The notes below the pieces were generated by a model. That model was not told the DNA's origin and did not search any database. It saw only the letters and a list, made by a program, of their open reading frames with translations. Made by a program: the position numbers and the translations under genes. A stretch of 63,398 nucleotides of DNA, filler included, from Octopus bimaculoides (lineage: Eukaryota): assembly GCF_001194135.2 (NCBI RefSeq). It is 6 parts of 5 records of this genome, joined end to end, with 100 filler letters (N's around TTAATTAATTAA, not from the genome) between each part and the next. Parts side by side here need not be neighbours in the genome. Positions count along the whole stretch, not along the records: positions 25,404 to 42,736 come from NC_069005.1; 5 more parts are not named here. One strand, 5' to 3'. This document shows, piece by piece, positions 26,889 through 38,180 of this stretch. Numbering within the stretch: the first letter of the stretch is position 1; every line of letters begins with the position of its first letter.

Positions 26889-28260
26889 NNNNNNNNNNNN
26901 NNNNNNNNNNNNNNNNNNNNNNNNNNNNNNNNNNNNNNNNNNNNNNNNNNNNNNNNNNNNNNNNNNNNNNNNNNNNNNNNNNNNNNNNNNNNNNNNNNNN
27001 NNNNNNNNNNNNNNNNNNNNNNNNNNNNNNNNNNNNNNNNNNNNNNNNNNNNNNNNNNNNNNNNNNNNNNNNNNNNNNNNNNNNNNNNNNNNNNNNNNNN
27101 NNNNNNNNNNNNNNNNNNNNNNNNNNNNNNNNNNNNNNNNNNNNNNNNNNNNNNNNNNNNNNNNNNNNNNNNNNNNNNNNNNNNNNNNNNNNNNNNNNNN
27201 NNNNNNNNNNNNNNNNNNNNNNNNNNNNNNNNNNNNNNNNNNNNNNNNNNNNNNNNNNNNNNNNNNNNNNNNNNNNNNNNNNNNNNNNNNNNNNNNNNNN
27301 NNNNNNNNNNNNNNNNNNNNNNNNNNNNNNNNNNNNNNNNNNNNNNNNNNNNNNNNNNNNNNNNNNNNNNNNNNNNNNNNNNNNNNNNNNNNNNNNNNNN
27401 NNNNNNNNNNNNNNNNNNNNNNNNNNNNNNNNNNNNNNNNNNNNNNNNNNNNNNNNNNNNNNNNNNNNNNNNNNNNNNNNNNNNNNNNNNNNNNNNNNNN
27501 NNNNNNNNNNNNNNNNNNNNNNNNNNNNNNNNNNNNNNNNNNNNNNNNNNNNNNNNNNNNNNNNNNNNNNNNNNNNNNNNNNNNNNNNNNNNNNNNNNNN
27601 NNNNNNNNNNNNNNNNNNNNNNNNNNNNNNNNNNNNNNNNNNNNNNNNNNNNNNNNNNNNNNNNNNNNNNNNNNNNNNNNNNNNNNNNNNNNNNNNNNNN
27701 NNNNNNNNNNNNNNNNNNNNNNNNNNNNNNNNNNNNNNNNNNNNNNNNNNNNNNNNNNNNNNNNNNNNNNNNNNNNNNNNNNNNNNNNNNNNNNNNNNNN
27801 NNNNNNNNNNNNNNNNNNNNNNAAAGTTACTTTTTAATATTAAACAGAATAAAATGTTTCCTGATGAGGACTGTGGATCAGCAAAAGCTAAATACACTCA
27901 CAATGATTTCCACAGATAAAAACAGTCATTCAAACAGTGAAGGACAAAGTTATAAGTATTAAAATGTTTTCATGATAGAAGTAATCTTTTAGATGCATAT
28001 CAATGAAAGTAAGAAAGTTAACTCTTAAAGTCCTACATCAAGAATATCTACAGCTGTAGTCAAATCCTGAATTGCATAAAACTGCAGTTCAAATGGTGTT
28101 GTTGCTTAGGAGTTGAAACTGGAACTAAGTAGTCTTCTGTGCAAGAAATAGAGTTTAGTTGCATCTTAGAAATAACTGCTGATCAAAAGACTTCCTATTT
28201 GCATCATGAGTTTTATAAGTTAGAATATGCTGATATATACTTATTATTTACATATTAATG

Positions 28261-28644
28261 GTGGAGGCGCAATGGCCTAGTGGTTAGGGCAGCGGACTCG
28301 CGGTCATAGGATCGCGATTTCGATTCCCAGACCGGGTGTTGTGAGTGTTTATTGAGCGAAAACACCTAAAGCTCCACAAGGCTCCAGCAGGGGATGGTGG
28401 CGAACCCTGCTGTACTCTTTTACCACAGCTTTCTCTCACTCTTACTTCCTGTTTCTGTTGTGCCTGTAATTCAAAGGGTCAGCCTTGTCACACTGTGTCA
28501 CGCTGAATATTCCCGAGAACTATGTTAAGGGTACACGTGTCTGTGGAATGCTCAGCCACTTGCACGTTAATTTCACAAGCAGGCTGTTCTGTTGATCGGA
28601 TCAACTGGAACCCTCGACGTCGTAAGTGACGGAGTGCCAACACA
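28261..28644 (+). mobile_element. Full-length tRNA-derived SINE family A with an 11-bp TSD
   Basis: A-box TGGCCTAGTGG, B-box ATTTCGATTCC, CAA-type tail. TSD acatattaatg at 28250-28260 and 28645-28655. Confidence 0.9.
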
Positions 28645-28705
28645 ACATATTAATGATTTAATTAGAAAATCGATGACCAGTAACTGATGTCTGGTAAATA
28701 TATTT

Positions 28706-28990
28706 TCTTTCATTTCGTTTTTGTATTTGGTTTGCAAGATTCTTTATGTGAATTCGTGTGTTGAAGCATATTTTATTGTGTCTGGGGAGAGTCATTCTTT
28801 TAGTGCTTTATTAATTTAACACACTCACTGATTCTGATAACGGACAGAGTTAATGACTATTGGAAAGGTTGCAAAACACAACGAAAATTTTAGTGAAAAT
28901 AAATAAGTAAATGAGTGGAAATCAGACCGGTGAGTGTGTTAAATTAATGAGGCACTAAAAGAGAATGACTCTCCTCAGACACAATAAAAT
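28706..28990. mobile_element. MITE/foldback-like element with long inverted arms
   Basis: 28770-28830 (ttttattgtgtctggggagagtcattc...aacacactcactg) is the inverse of 28929-28990. A related arm lies at 61171-61305. Confidence 0.7.
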
Positions 28991-29256
28991 GTTTTCTTTT
29001 CTTTTATTTGTATCAGTTTTTTATTTGTATGACTAAAGGCGGTGCTCCAGCATGGCCGCAATCAAATGACTGAAACAAGTAAAAGAATAAAAGAATAAAT
29101 AAATGACCATCCTGAAATATAAACAATATAAAATAATTACATTTCAAATCCTGTTCTACATATTTTGTCTCTTTAGGTTCTCCTCATGTGATATAAAAGT
29201 CAATTCACATGATATTGCCAAATGAGAGATGTAATAAGGAATGTTTAAATACTTAC

Positions 29257-29309
29257 ATATTTTGAACCTTGATATTTATTTCGCTTGTAATATATTACTG
29301 TTATTATAA
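29257..29309 (-). CDS. DRAM/TMEM150-family gene, recovered exon 5 of 5 (53 nt, phase 1-0)
   Basis: taccttaactaactccAG|TT ATA...AAA TAT|GTAAGT gives (F)IITVIYYKRNKYQGSKY, in frame with the preceding exon. U12-type branch point upstream. Confidence 0.75.
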
Positions 29310-29582
29310 CTGGAGTTAGTTAAGGTAAAATGAAAATGTATTCAACAAAAGGAAATTTATATGATACAGAAATGAATGAGGAAAGTGTTTTGCAGCTTAA
29401 AAGTCTTTAAGTTAATAATTACACACTAGAATAAATCTGTTAAAGAATTCTTTGTATCTTAATCCATTACCTACCAGTGATCTCATATGAGATCACTTAA
29501 AAATTACAAATTTCGTAATTATCTGTCAATATTTACACATATCTAACCTTTTTGCTATATCTACTAGGTATATTTCTCTGAT

Positions 29583-29968
29583 GGAGGCGCAATGGCCCAG
29601 TGGTTAGGGCAGCAGATTCGCGGTCATAAGACCGTGGTTTCGATTCCCAGACTGGGCATTGTGAGTGTTTATTGAGCGAAAAAACACCTAAAGCTCCATG
29701 AGGCTCAGGCAGGGGATGGTGGCGAACCCTGCTGTACTCTTTCACCACAACTTTCTCTCTCTTTCTTCCTGTTTCTGTTGTACCTGTAATTCAAAGGGTC
29801 AGCCTTGTCACACTGTGTCACGCTGAATATCCCTGAGAACTACGTCAAGGGTACATGTGTCTGTGGAGTGCTCAGCCACTTGCACATTAATTTCACAAGC
29901 AGGCTGTTCCGTTGATTGGATCAACTGGAACCCTTGACGTCGTAAGCGACGGAGTGCCAACAACAACA
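29583..29968 (+). mobile_element. Full-length SINE family A with a 13-bp TSD
   Basis: TSD atatttctctgat at 29570-29582 and 29969-29981. (CAA)n tail and A/B boxes present. Confidence 0.9.
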
Positions 29969-30624
29969 ATATTTCTCTGATATTCAAATGAGGTTTGCTA
30001 ATTTTTCACTCAATATCTCGCTTATTTCTATTTAAAATGGTATTTTGAAATGTTATTTTGATCATTCCAGCGTGTTTCTGAGGCTGTTTTATGCTAGAAA
30101 TCTAAGTTTCATAAAAAAAATTCCAGTTAATAGAATTATGGGAGGTAATGGGTTAATGTAGAATCTAAACTTTTAAAACTTTCTGCTGGTTTTATATATT
30201 TTCTAGTTTGATAACATATCTGGAAAACATGGCTGCTTGACATAAATTATGAATTTATTTTTTTGAAATTTTCAAGGAACATTAAGAAATCCAAATTTAG
30301 GAATAGCTTAAAAGACCTTTATTTCACATTTTCTAGTTTAATAACTTTTAGTTCAGTATTTATCAATTCAGGTTTTATTGTTTTCAGGAGGAGAATTTTG
30401 GAATCAGATACATAACTATAAAAGAAACTTGAATAGTAAGCTACTAAACATAAGTTGTTTAGTAAGACATCCTGAAATAGAAATGAAATTTTACATATTT
30501 GTTATGTTTTTACAAATAAAAGTTTGGTTACCTTCCCATTAGTATACCATATTTTCAATGCAGATAGTCTATATAATAGAGTAGCAATTAAATTAAAAAT
30601 GATTATTATTTTCACCATATTGGT

Positions 30625-30820
30625 TTTTAATTTTTTTGGCACAAGGTCAGCAATTTTTGAGAAGAGGCTAAGTCAATTGAATCAACCCCAGAGCTCAACT
30701 GATACATTTTTATCAACCCCAAAAGGATGAAAAGCAGCCGACCTTGGCAGAATTTGAACTCAGAACGTAAAGATGGACAAAGTGCCACTAAGCATTTTTC
30801 CTAGTGTGCTAATGATTCTG
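30625..30820 (-). mobile_element. SINE family B, heavily CpG-decayed
   Basis: atcaaccccaaaaggatg...ttggcagaatttgaactcagaacgtaaagatggacaaagtgccactaag. Most consensus CG sites are now CA or TG. Confidence 0.75.
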
Positions 30821-31951
30821 CCACAAAGTCTGGGTACATGGGGATTAACACATACTTTCAGAAATTATTGTTTCTTATACAATTAAACCTTGGGAGAGGC
30901 ATTATGCCGGTAATAAACACACGCACTGGTTCAGTCCTTTATTAATTTATAAACAGTATATAGTTTATAGTTTACCCATGGTTGCATATGTTGTTCACAC
31001 ATAAAATACAGAACGTGAACATAAATAAAAAAGATGCATTTATGAAGAAAACAAAAAATAACAGAAAGGAAACCAAAACCAAGTCCAAAGTCTCTATCTT
31101 ATCTGATATTTAATTGTATTTCTTTCAACACACATATCCACATCAAGAATCTTGCACACGAAATACACATACGAAATATTGTTTCTTATATTTAATTGTT
31201 TATGTTATGATTTTATTTACTCCATGTACCCACATGGGGATTAACACATACTTTAAGAAATTATTGTTTCTTATATTTAATTGTTTATGTTATGATNNNN
31301 NNNNNNNNNNNNNNNNNNNNNNNNNNNNNNNNNNNNNNNNNNNNNNNNNNNNNNNNNNNNNNNNNNNNNNNNNNNNNNNNNNNNNNNNNNNNNNNNNNNN
31401 NNNNNNNNNNNNNNNNNNNNNNNNNNNNNNNNNNNNNNNNNNNNNNNNNNNNNNNNNNNNNNNNNNNNNNNNNNNNNNNNNNNNNNNNNNNNNNNNNNNN
31501 NNNNNNNNNNNNNNNNNNNNNNNNNNNNNNNNNNNNNNNNNNNNNNNNNNNNNNNNNNNNNNNNNNNNNNNNNNNNNNNNNNNNNNNNNNNNNNNNNNNN
31601 NNNNNNNNNNNNNNNNNNNNNNNNNNNNNNNNNNNNNNNNNNNNNNNNNNNNNNNNNNNNNNNNNNNNNNNNNNNNNNNNNNNNNNNNNNNNNNNNNNNN
31701 NNNNNNNNNNNNNNNNNNNNNNNNNNNNNNNNNNNNNNNNNNNNNNNNNNNNNNNNNNNNNNNNNNNNNNNNNNNNNNNNNNNNNNNNNNATTATTGTTT
31801 CTTATATTTAATTGTTTATGTTATGATCTTATTTACTCCATGTACCCACATGGAGATTAATACAAACTTTAAGAAATTATTATTTCTTATATTTAATTGT
31901 TTATGTTATGATTTTATTTACTCCATGTACCCAGACCTTGTGGACACCCTG
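30821..31951. mobile_element. Tc1/mariner-type non-autonomous element containing an 85-bp tandem array
   Basis: Left ccacaaagtctgggtacatgg is the inverse of right ccatgtacccagaccttgtggacaccctg|TA (CAGGGTGT-type TIR). The 85-bp units flank the gap at 31297-31790. Confidence 0.7.
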
Positions 31952-32138
31952 TAGTATAGATGTAAGATGCCTGATCTGGTTAAATTGCACATAAAGCAAG
32001 TAGAATATTTTGGTTGGTTATGGTGGATATGGCCTGTTTAAATGCTAAAGGGCTAAATAAAGGAAAATGTTTGCTAATAGAATAAAAAAATATGAGAAAC
32101 AATATTTTGATTTATAATTGTAAAGCAAATAAGGATAC

Positions 32139-32304
32139 AAGTAATTAGTAAAATTGAAACCAGAACACTGATGATGAAACGAAGTCGTTTGATACAAACA
32201 GAGGTATCCTTGCTAGTTAGGAAATTTTGTACCCAGCAGTAGACAGAGCCTATAGCAAAGGCTAAAAATGCACCAAAATAATGCGGGACTTTAGCGTGTC
32301 TTGC
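32139..32304 (-). CDS. DRAM/TMEM150-family gene, recovered exon 4 of 5 (166 nt, phase 0-1)
   Basis: ttttttacattttAG|GCA...ACT T|GTATCC gives ARHAKVPHYFGAFLAFAIGSVYCWVQNFLTSKDTSVCIKRLRFIISVLVSILLIT. Matches the family HxxGAxLAFxxGxxYxWxQ motif. Confidence 0.92.
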
Positions 32305-32914
32305 CTAAAATGTAAAAAAAAGAAGAAAAAAAAAATCAATATTTTAAAGAATTTAGAAAAAATTTCAATGACATAATTTCAAAATTTTCCTCCCCTCACT
32401 CACATGTTGACATAGAGTGAATTAGTATTTAATTGTTAACATTTCAACTTGAATAACTTCCTATCACAAGTCATTCAACTATAGAGTTGGATTGGTACAA
32501 ATCTCTCTATGTTTTTGAAAACTAGTTCAATAACCTGTGTTGTTCAAGAATACAGTGAAATTCCTCAAGGGCAATTTTATGAGTCACTGAGTTCAATGCT
32601 CTTTTGTTTCTTCACTAAATTACTATTTCCAATTTTATATTCTGAATTAAATATGTTCATTCTGACTTAACATTTGGTTTTTAATTGATTGGTTAGCCAT
32701 TCTGAGTAATCAACTACAATAATATTTCATTTTGAATATGCTAATTTATCATATCTACTGGTGCACGATATTATACATCTATTCACTGATGTAAACTCAT
32801 TGCAACTTTGGCAAGAACAGTAAAGTTAATTTTTCACTGAGGAGGTCAAATAAGACTAAAACATATCTGAAGTTGTCTCCCTTATTACTGGAACGTTTGA
32901 AATGATACTGGTTT

Positions 32915-33112
32915 CAAATTTTTTGAAAAAGGCCAGCAATTTTGGGGTAGAGAATAAGTCAATTACATCAACTCTAGTGCATAACTGGTACTTATTTTAT
33001 CCACCCTGAAAGGATGAAAGGCAAAGTCAACCTCAGCAGAATTTGAACTCAGAACGTAAGCGGCAGATGAAATACTGATAAGCATTTTGCCCAGTGTGCT
33101 GATGATTCCGCC
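32915..33112 (-). mobile_element. SINE family B, CpG-decayed
   Basis: gaaaggatgaaaggcaaagtcaacctcagcagaatttgaactcagaacg core. Confidence 0.75.
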
Positions 33113-33899
33113 CGAATGCAGCCTTTTTGTTTAAAGTAGTATCAGCTGTTAAGCTAATTTGTCTTTTCCTTACTATGATGATCAAATTTCTATTGAACTG
33201 TTGATTTTCTTGCAGATGGCATTCTCTGCATCATTTAGCTCAAAGTCAGCTAACATTAAATAGACCAGCAGATCAAAGACATTCCAGTCGCAATCATTCC
33301 ATCTTGTTTTCAGGGACAGTGTATCAGGGTTACATTCTCGAAAATGATGTTCTTTTTTAAAGATAATAAGGCATAATTTGGCTACTAGGTTTAGCAGGTC
33401 GAGCAACTAAATAGTAGAAGTTACATCTGAATAATAGACCTAAGTGTTTTGTTTCTCCTAATATGAATATTTTTCTGTCTTATATTGCCTCAGTCTGAAA
33501 GAAATGACTACCAATGGTCTTCAAAAAAGTCACTGCCTAGACAATGCCTATTTATCAATATGTTTTCACTTACAGAATGCTAAACAACAATAACCTCATC
33601 CTACTCCTCCTTAACATCATCAACACCATCATCATTTAATGTCCATTTTTCCATGCTTGTATGGGTCAGACAGAAATTGTCAAGGCAGATTTTCTATGGC
33701 TGGATGCCTTTTCTGTTGCCAATCCTTACATTTTTCCAGGCAAAGTAACATTTCCTATGGACAGACATGTTTTTCAATGGAAAACTGGAAATGAACAATA
33801 TTTCTTGGGCTTCTTTCAGTTTCTGTCCATTAAATCCATTCACAAGGCTTTGGTTGGTTTCAAGCTATTGTAGACAATACTTCCCCAAGGTATTGGGCA

Positions 33900-34066
33900 T
33901 AGGAAGGGGTGCTGAAAATCCCTGGCTTTTAGGGTATCACAAAAGGCCTTCTGAGTTCTTTTACAGTGAGTGAATTTGAGAGGGGAATATGTTGAAACAT
34001 AATTAACTGATCCTCCAGTATTTTCTTTTACCCAAAGCCAGGAATTTTCCAGCACCCTGCTTCTAC
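33900..34066. mobile_element. Mariner-derived MITE
   Basis: Imperfect TIRs gaaggggtgctgaaaatccctggcttt / aaagccaggaattttccagcaccctgcttc. A related end lies at about 35510-35600. Confidence 0.6.
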
Positions 34067-34389
34067 TAAATATAAAACCAATCATATTGAGATATCTTTC
34101 TGTAATAATTATATCAATGTAACAAAATTTAACTTATAAAAAATGGAAATAAAGCAATGAAACTTGCTGAAAAATATGAAGTGTGAATGATTATAAATTG
34201 AAATATTTCAATAAACAGAATTAATAAAATAAGAACTTTCAACTTTTAAAACAAATAACATTTTCTTTCTTTTTGCTTCACTACATTGTAAAAACAAAAA
34301 TCAGCAAATTCAGAAAATATTTCAAGAATGTAATTAACAATGGTGATTAGGGGAAAATAACAATTTTGATAATACTGTAACATACTCAC

Positions 34390-34532
34390 ATGGAAATTGC
34401 CAACCATACTGAGACCAAAAGCTGAGATGAGACCAAGTACAAGGCCAGCCTTGTTAAGGCGTTTCTCATTTGCTGATAAATTTTTGTAACAGGCTTTAAC
34501 TTGTAAGAAACGAATATAAGCATTGAGACCCA
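34390..34532 (-). CDS. DRAM/TMEM150-family gene, recovered exon 3 of 5 (143 nt, phase 1-0)
   Basis: aatcttttttAG|TG GGT...TTC CAT|GTGAGT gives (L)GLNAYIRFLQVKACYKNLSANEKRLNKAGLVLGLISAFGLSMVGNFH. Strongly resembles DRAM2 (LNKAGLVLG...GLSIVANFQ). Confidence 0.95.
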
Positions 34533-34939
34533 CTAAAAAAGATTAAAAAAAAAAGTTGAATGGTGAGGAAAGGAAATATTTCAATAGATGAAATTAAAAG
34601 AATAAAACGAAAGAGAAGAAAAAAACTCATCAAAATACACAAAATTGTAACAAAAAGTTTAAATAGAAATTTTTTCATCATAAACTTTTANNNNNNNNNN
34701 AGATCTGGCTTTGCACACTTATCCTACAATATCATTTTAAGAATAAGCAATCACATCCTCAAAATTTCTATACTACGATGTCTTTGCATGATTAATTCAA
34801 AACAATTTGATTATATAAGCATTACATTTAACAGAATAATCTGAAAAGGGTTAAACATGTTTGTCTTTTGAGACATTTCATAAAATCTATTTAGTTGCCA
34901 TAGCAGCTTCGTTTTGTTGTCCTATGTTAGAAAAATTAT

Positions 34940-35312
34940 TTGAAAAAGCATCTCAACCACATGGTTCTGGGTTCAGTCCCACTGTTTGGCACCTTGGGCA
35001 AATGTCTTCTACTATAGCCTTGGGCTGACCAAAACCATGTGAGTGGAAACCTTGTAGACGGAAACTGAATGAAGCCTGTTGTATATATGTGTGTGTGTGT
35101 GTGTTTGTGTCTCTGTGTTTGTCTCCCCACCATCACTTGACAACCGATGCTGGTGTGTTTACGTCCCCCACAACTTAGTGGTTCGGCAAAAGAGACTGAT
35201 AGAATAAGTACTAGACTTACAAAGAATAAGTACTGGAGTCGATCTATTTGACTAAAGGCGGTGCTCCAGCATGGCCACAGTCAAATGAATGAAACAAATA
35301 AAAGAGTAAGAG
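34940..35312 (+). mobile_element. SINE family C
   Basis: ccacatggttctgggttcagtcccactg...ccttgggcaaatgtcttctactatagcc, internal (TG)n, 3' ggtgctccagcatggccacag. Confidence 0.8.
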
Positions 35313-36244
35313 AGTACGAAAAACTAAACTGAACATAGCAGGAATGAAACCCAGAATTGAATGTTATTTCACTCAAAGCTGCAATACATCAAATATACTG
35401 CACTCTACTGTCAGCTCATTATTATTTTCAATTCGCCTCAACATATTTTCGATATGCCTAACCATCATCACCCTTTTATCCACCCCTTATCATGGTAAGG
35501 GCTTTAAATACAAAGGATGCTGAAAAGTTCCTGGCTTTGAGTAAAAGGAAATACAGGAGGATCATTTAATTATGATTTTATTCAACATATTCCCCTCTCA
35601 GGTTCTGGAACCATGTGGTTAGGAAGCAAGCTTCTTACCACACAGTGTGAAGGAAAGAGAAAATCGTAGCTGCACTAGAGTAGATATATACTAGTCTATA
35701 TAGTGATGGTATGTTTGTCGAAATTGGTTAGTGGATGAATATAGAAATACAGAAAGATCAGGGATGACAAATAGGAGATGTCAGATATTTTCGTCCTATG
35801 GCTGACCACCAGTGTTGACTATAATCATTAGATGGCGAGAGCGAGAGAGAAGAGTTTAGGATGGTAATGCAATGGTTGTAAAAGATAACGAAGGTCTTGA
35901 ATTATAGCTCCAATTAGAGTGTGCATGAGACATGACTAGAGGTGAGGGGAAATTTAGGGTTTGCCTGGTGACAATGGTGCTAGAAATAGATGCCCATAGT
36001 ATTAATTAAAACTTTAAAATTTGCAGTGTTAATGAAAGTGTATTCTCATTGGAAATAGATGAATAAGAAACATAAAACTTAGAAAATAAAAAATAAATAC
36101 ATGACATTTTTTTTTACTAAGCTCTAATAGTGTGAAATAATAGGTCCCAGAGATGAAGCAAATATAATAATAATGGATAATAGATATATACGTAAATCAG
36201 TGAAAAATATGGTAAATTAAATCGATTAATGTAAAAAGCACTAA

Positions 36245-36758
36245 GTCTACTTTGCTGAGTGGTTGGTGTCAGAAAGGGCATCCAGCTGTAAAAATCTTGC
36301 CAAAATAGTTACAGAAGTCTGGTGCAGGTTTCTGCCTGGCTGGCACTTATCAAACTGATCCCTCCATGTCAGCATGGAAGGTGGACGTTAAACGATGCTG
36401 ATTATGATGATGGTAAATATATGTGTGTGTATGACCGAGACCTTTGGAAATGTGCTGTGCGTGAGAAGACCCGGCAAGCCAAGTAAGATCGTTGCCAGTG
36501 CCCCTGGACTGGCTTGTGCGGGTGGCACATAAAAGACACCATTTCGAGCGTGGCCGTTTTCGTGCGGGTGACACGTAAAAGCACCCACTACACTCTCTGA
36601 GTGGTTGGCGTTAGGAAGGGCATCCAGCTGTAGAAACTCTGCCAAATCAGACTGGAGCCTGGTGTTGCCATCCGGTTTCACCAGTCCTCAGTCAAATCGT
36701 CCAACCCATGCTAGCATGGAAAGCGGACGTTAAACGATGATGATGATGATGATGATGT
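36245..36758 (+). mobile_element. Two tandem copies of repeat family D with (GAT)n tails (older decayed copy plus younger copy)
   Basis: Both end gcatggaa(g/a)g(t/c)ggacgttaaacgatg(a/c)tgat. The second copy (36420-36758) retains CpGs. Confidence 0.75.
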
Positions 36759-36969
36759 ATGCATACATATAATTATGTATATGTATATATATATGTAGAT
36801 ATATGTATGTGTATATAAATATGTTTGTGTGTATGTATAAAACACCTTAATGAGTGTGATGCATATGACACAGCCAGTGTATTTCTTAATATAATGTTGA
36901 ACAATGAGGGTCTCAAGAATTGTGAGAAAGGAAAATAAAAAGCAAGAGAGTCAAGGAGCATAAACTTAC

Positions 36970-37037
36970 ACAAAAGAGCACCAATATTCAATGACTGTGA
37001 GAACACTGACTTCTGTGGTTCGTCAACAGATGTGTAA
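36970..37037 (-). CDS. DRAM/TMEM150-family gene, recovered exon 2 of 5 (68 nt, phase 2-1)
   Basis: ttctttaattttcAG|T TAC...TTG T|GTAAGT gives (S)YTSVDEPQKSVFSQSLNIGALL. Matches the family PxSxxFSQxLNxGA motif. Confidence 0.92.
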
Positions 37038-37098
37038 CTGAAAATTAAAGAAAGAAAAAGAAGAAAATATAATACAGGAAAAATTATTTATTTCTCAC

Positions 37099-38180
37099 TG
37101 TTGTGATGAGAGTTACAACACCCCTTGCAAGAAATAGACTGGTCCAAGTAAAATATAAATAGTAACGATCTGAGTGAGTTTGGAGTCGAGTGAAGTTTGT
37201 GTTAGTTCACAGTGAAGTCAGAAGGTGTCAGTTTGGTTAGTTCACAAGGAATATTGATTGTTAGTTTGTAAAGAGATTTGTTAGTTTGTTACATTGTTTT
37301 TACTGTTGTCTGGTTATCTTATTTATTGTACATAACAAATTACATTATAAAATCTGGCAATGAGGGTTTCGGAGCTCACATAAGTTATTTAACAATTTTG
37401 TTTTGTGATACAACTTGTTAGATAATGGAAGACCTATTAGCTTTCATAGTACAGTTGTAAAAGCAACAATAAGAGCAACAACAAGAGTTGCAGAAGCAAC
37501 TATAACAGCAACAACTACAACAACAACAATTATTGGAGTTATATTGAAAGAAGTCCAAAAATGAGGTAAGTTCGTTTCTGCCAGATGGAGTTTCGAACTC
37601 GATTAATGAATTCAGTTATAACCCAGAGAAGGGTATACTACAGAAAGTATGAAGAGATTTTTAAGCAAGATTCCAATTCATGGTCGGACGAACAAAAAGT
37701 GAGATTACTATAGTGAAAATTAGTTCCACTGGAGCATGAACAATACTGTAATTTCATATTTCCCAAAAAACTCAATACCTAAATGAAAAAGATATGAAAT
37801 TTGACCCCCCCCCCAAAAAAAAACCAAGAAAACAAGAATGCTAACAAGAGTGCTTAGTACAACGAAAAGAAAAAGTGATATGTGCAATGAACAATAACCA
37901 CCTTAAAAGTCAGGTATCAATTAAGATACAACAGCTAAAAAAAAGAAAAAGGAGGGAAAGGTGCTGGAAAGAAAAAAAAAAAAAAAAATTTCATTTTCTT
38001 ACAATAAACAAAGTCTCAAAAGGGGTGATGTTGTGATGAGAGTTATGAAGCCCCCTTGCGAGAGACAGACTGGTCCGAGTAAAGTATAAATAGTAACAAT
38101 CTGATTGAGTTCAGAGTTTGGAGTCAAGTGAAGTTTGTGTTGGAGATTTGTTAGTTAGTTTACATTGTTTTTACTGTTGT
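37099..38180 (+). mobile_element. Internally deleted Gypsy-type LTR retroelement
   Basis: 5' LTR TGTTGTGATG... (37099 to about 37349) and PBS-like TGGCAATGAG (37355). Degenerate Q-rich gag start MEDLLAFIVQL. PPT AAAAGGGGTGA followed by a truncated 3' LTR (38029-38180). Confidence 0.8.

Larger units (their letters stand above)
29310..32138 (-). other. U12-type (minor spliceosome) GT-AG intron, 2829 nt
   Basis: 5' site GTATCCTTAT (32138-32129). Branch point TACCTTAAC (29327-29319) about 10 nt from the AG, with no real polypyrimidine tract. Confidence 0.8.

Noticed and set aside
28045-28170. Minus-strand ORF MQLNSISCTEDYLVPV... as the last exon of the TMEM150/DRAM gene
   Set aside because: It lacks the EW/TM6 motif and has no phase-0 acceptor in this frame.
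28261-28335. tRNA genes at SINE heads (also 8909, 18227, 29583, 40030, 54220)
   Set aside because: They have A/B boxes but no complete cloverleaf, and they continue into SINE bodies with tails or TSDs.
30821-31951. CRISPR-like array
   Set aside because: The units are contiguous with no unique spacers, the context is eukaryotic, and there are no cas genes.
32204-32212. Plus-strand GTATCCTT (and minus-strand GTATCCTT near 51320) as further U12 donors
   Set aside because: One is antisense within a coding exon and the other lies in a repeat. Neither has an upstream exon.
33182-33406. 74-aa minus-strand ORF inside an intron
   Set aside because: No convincing splice sites or family similarity.
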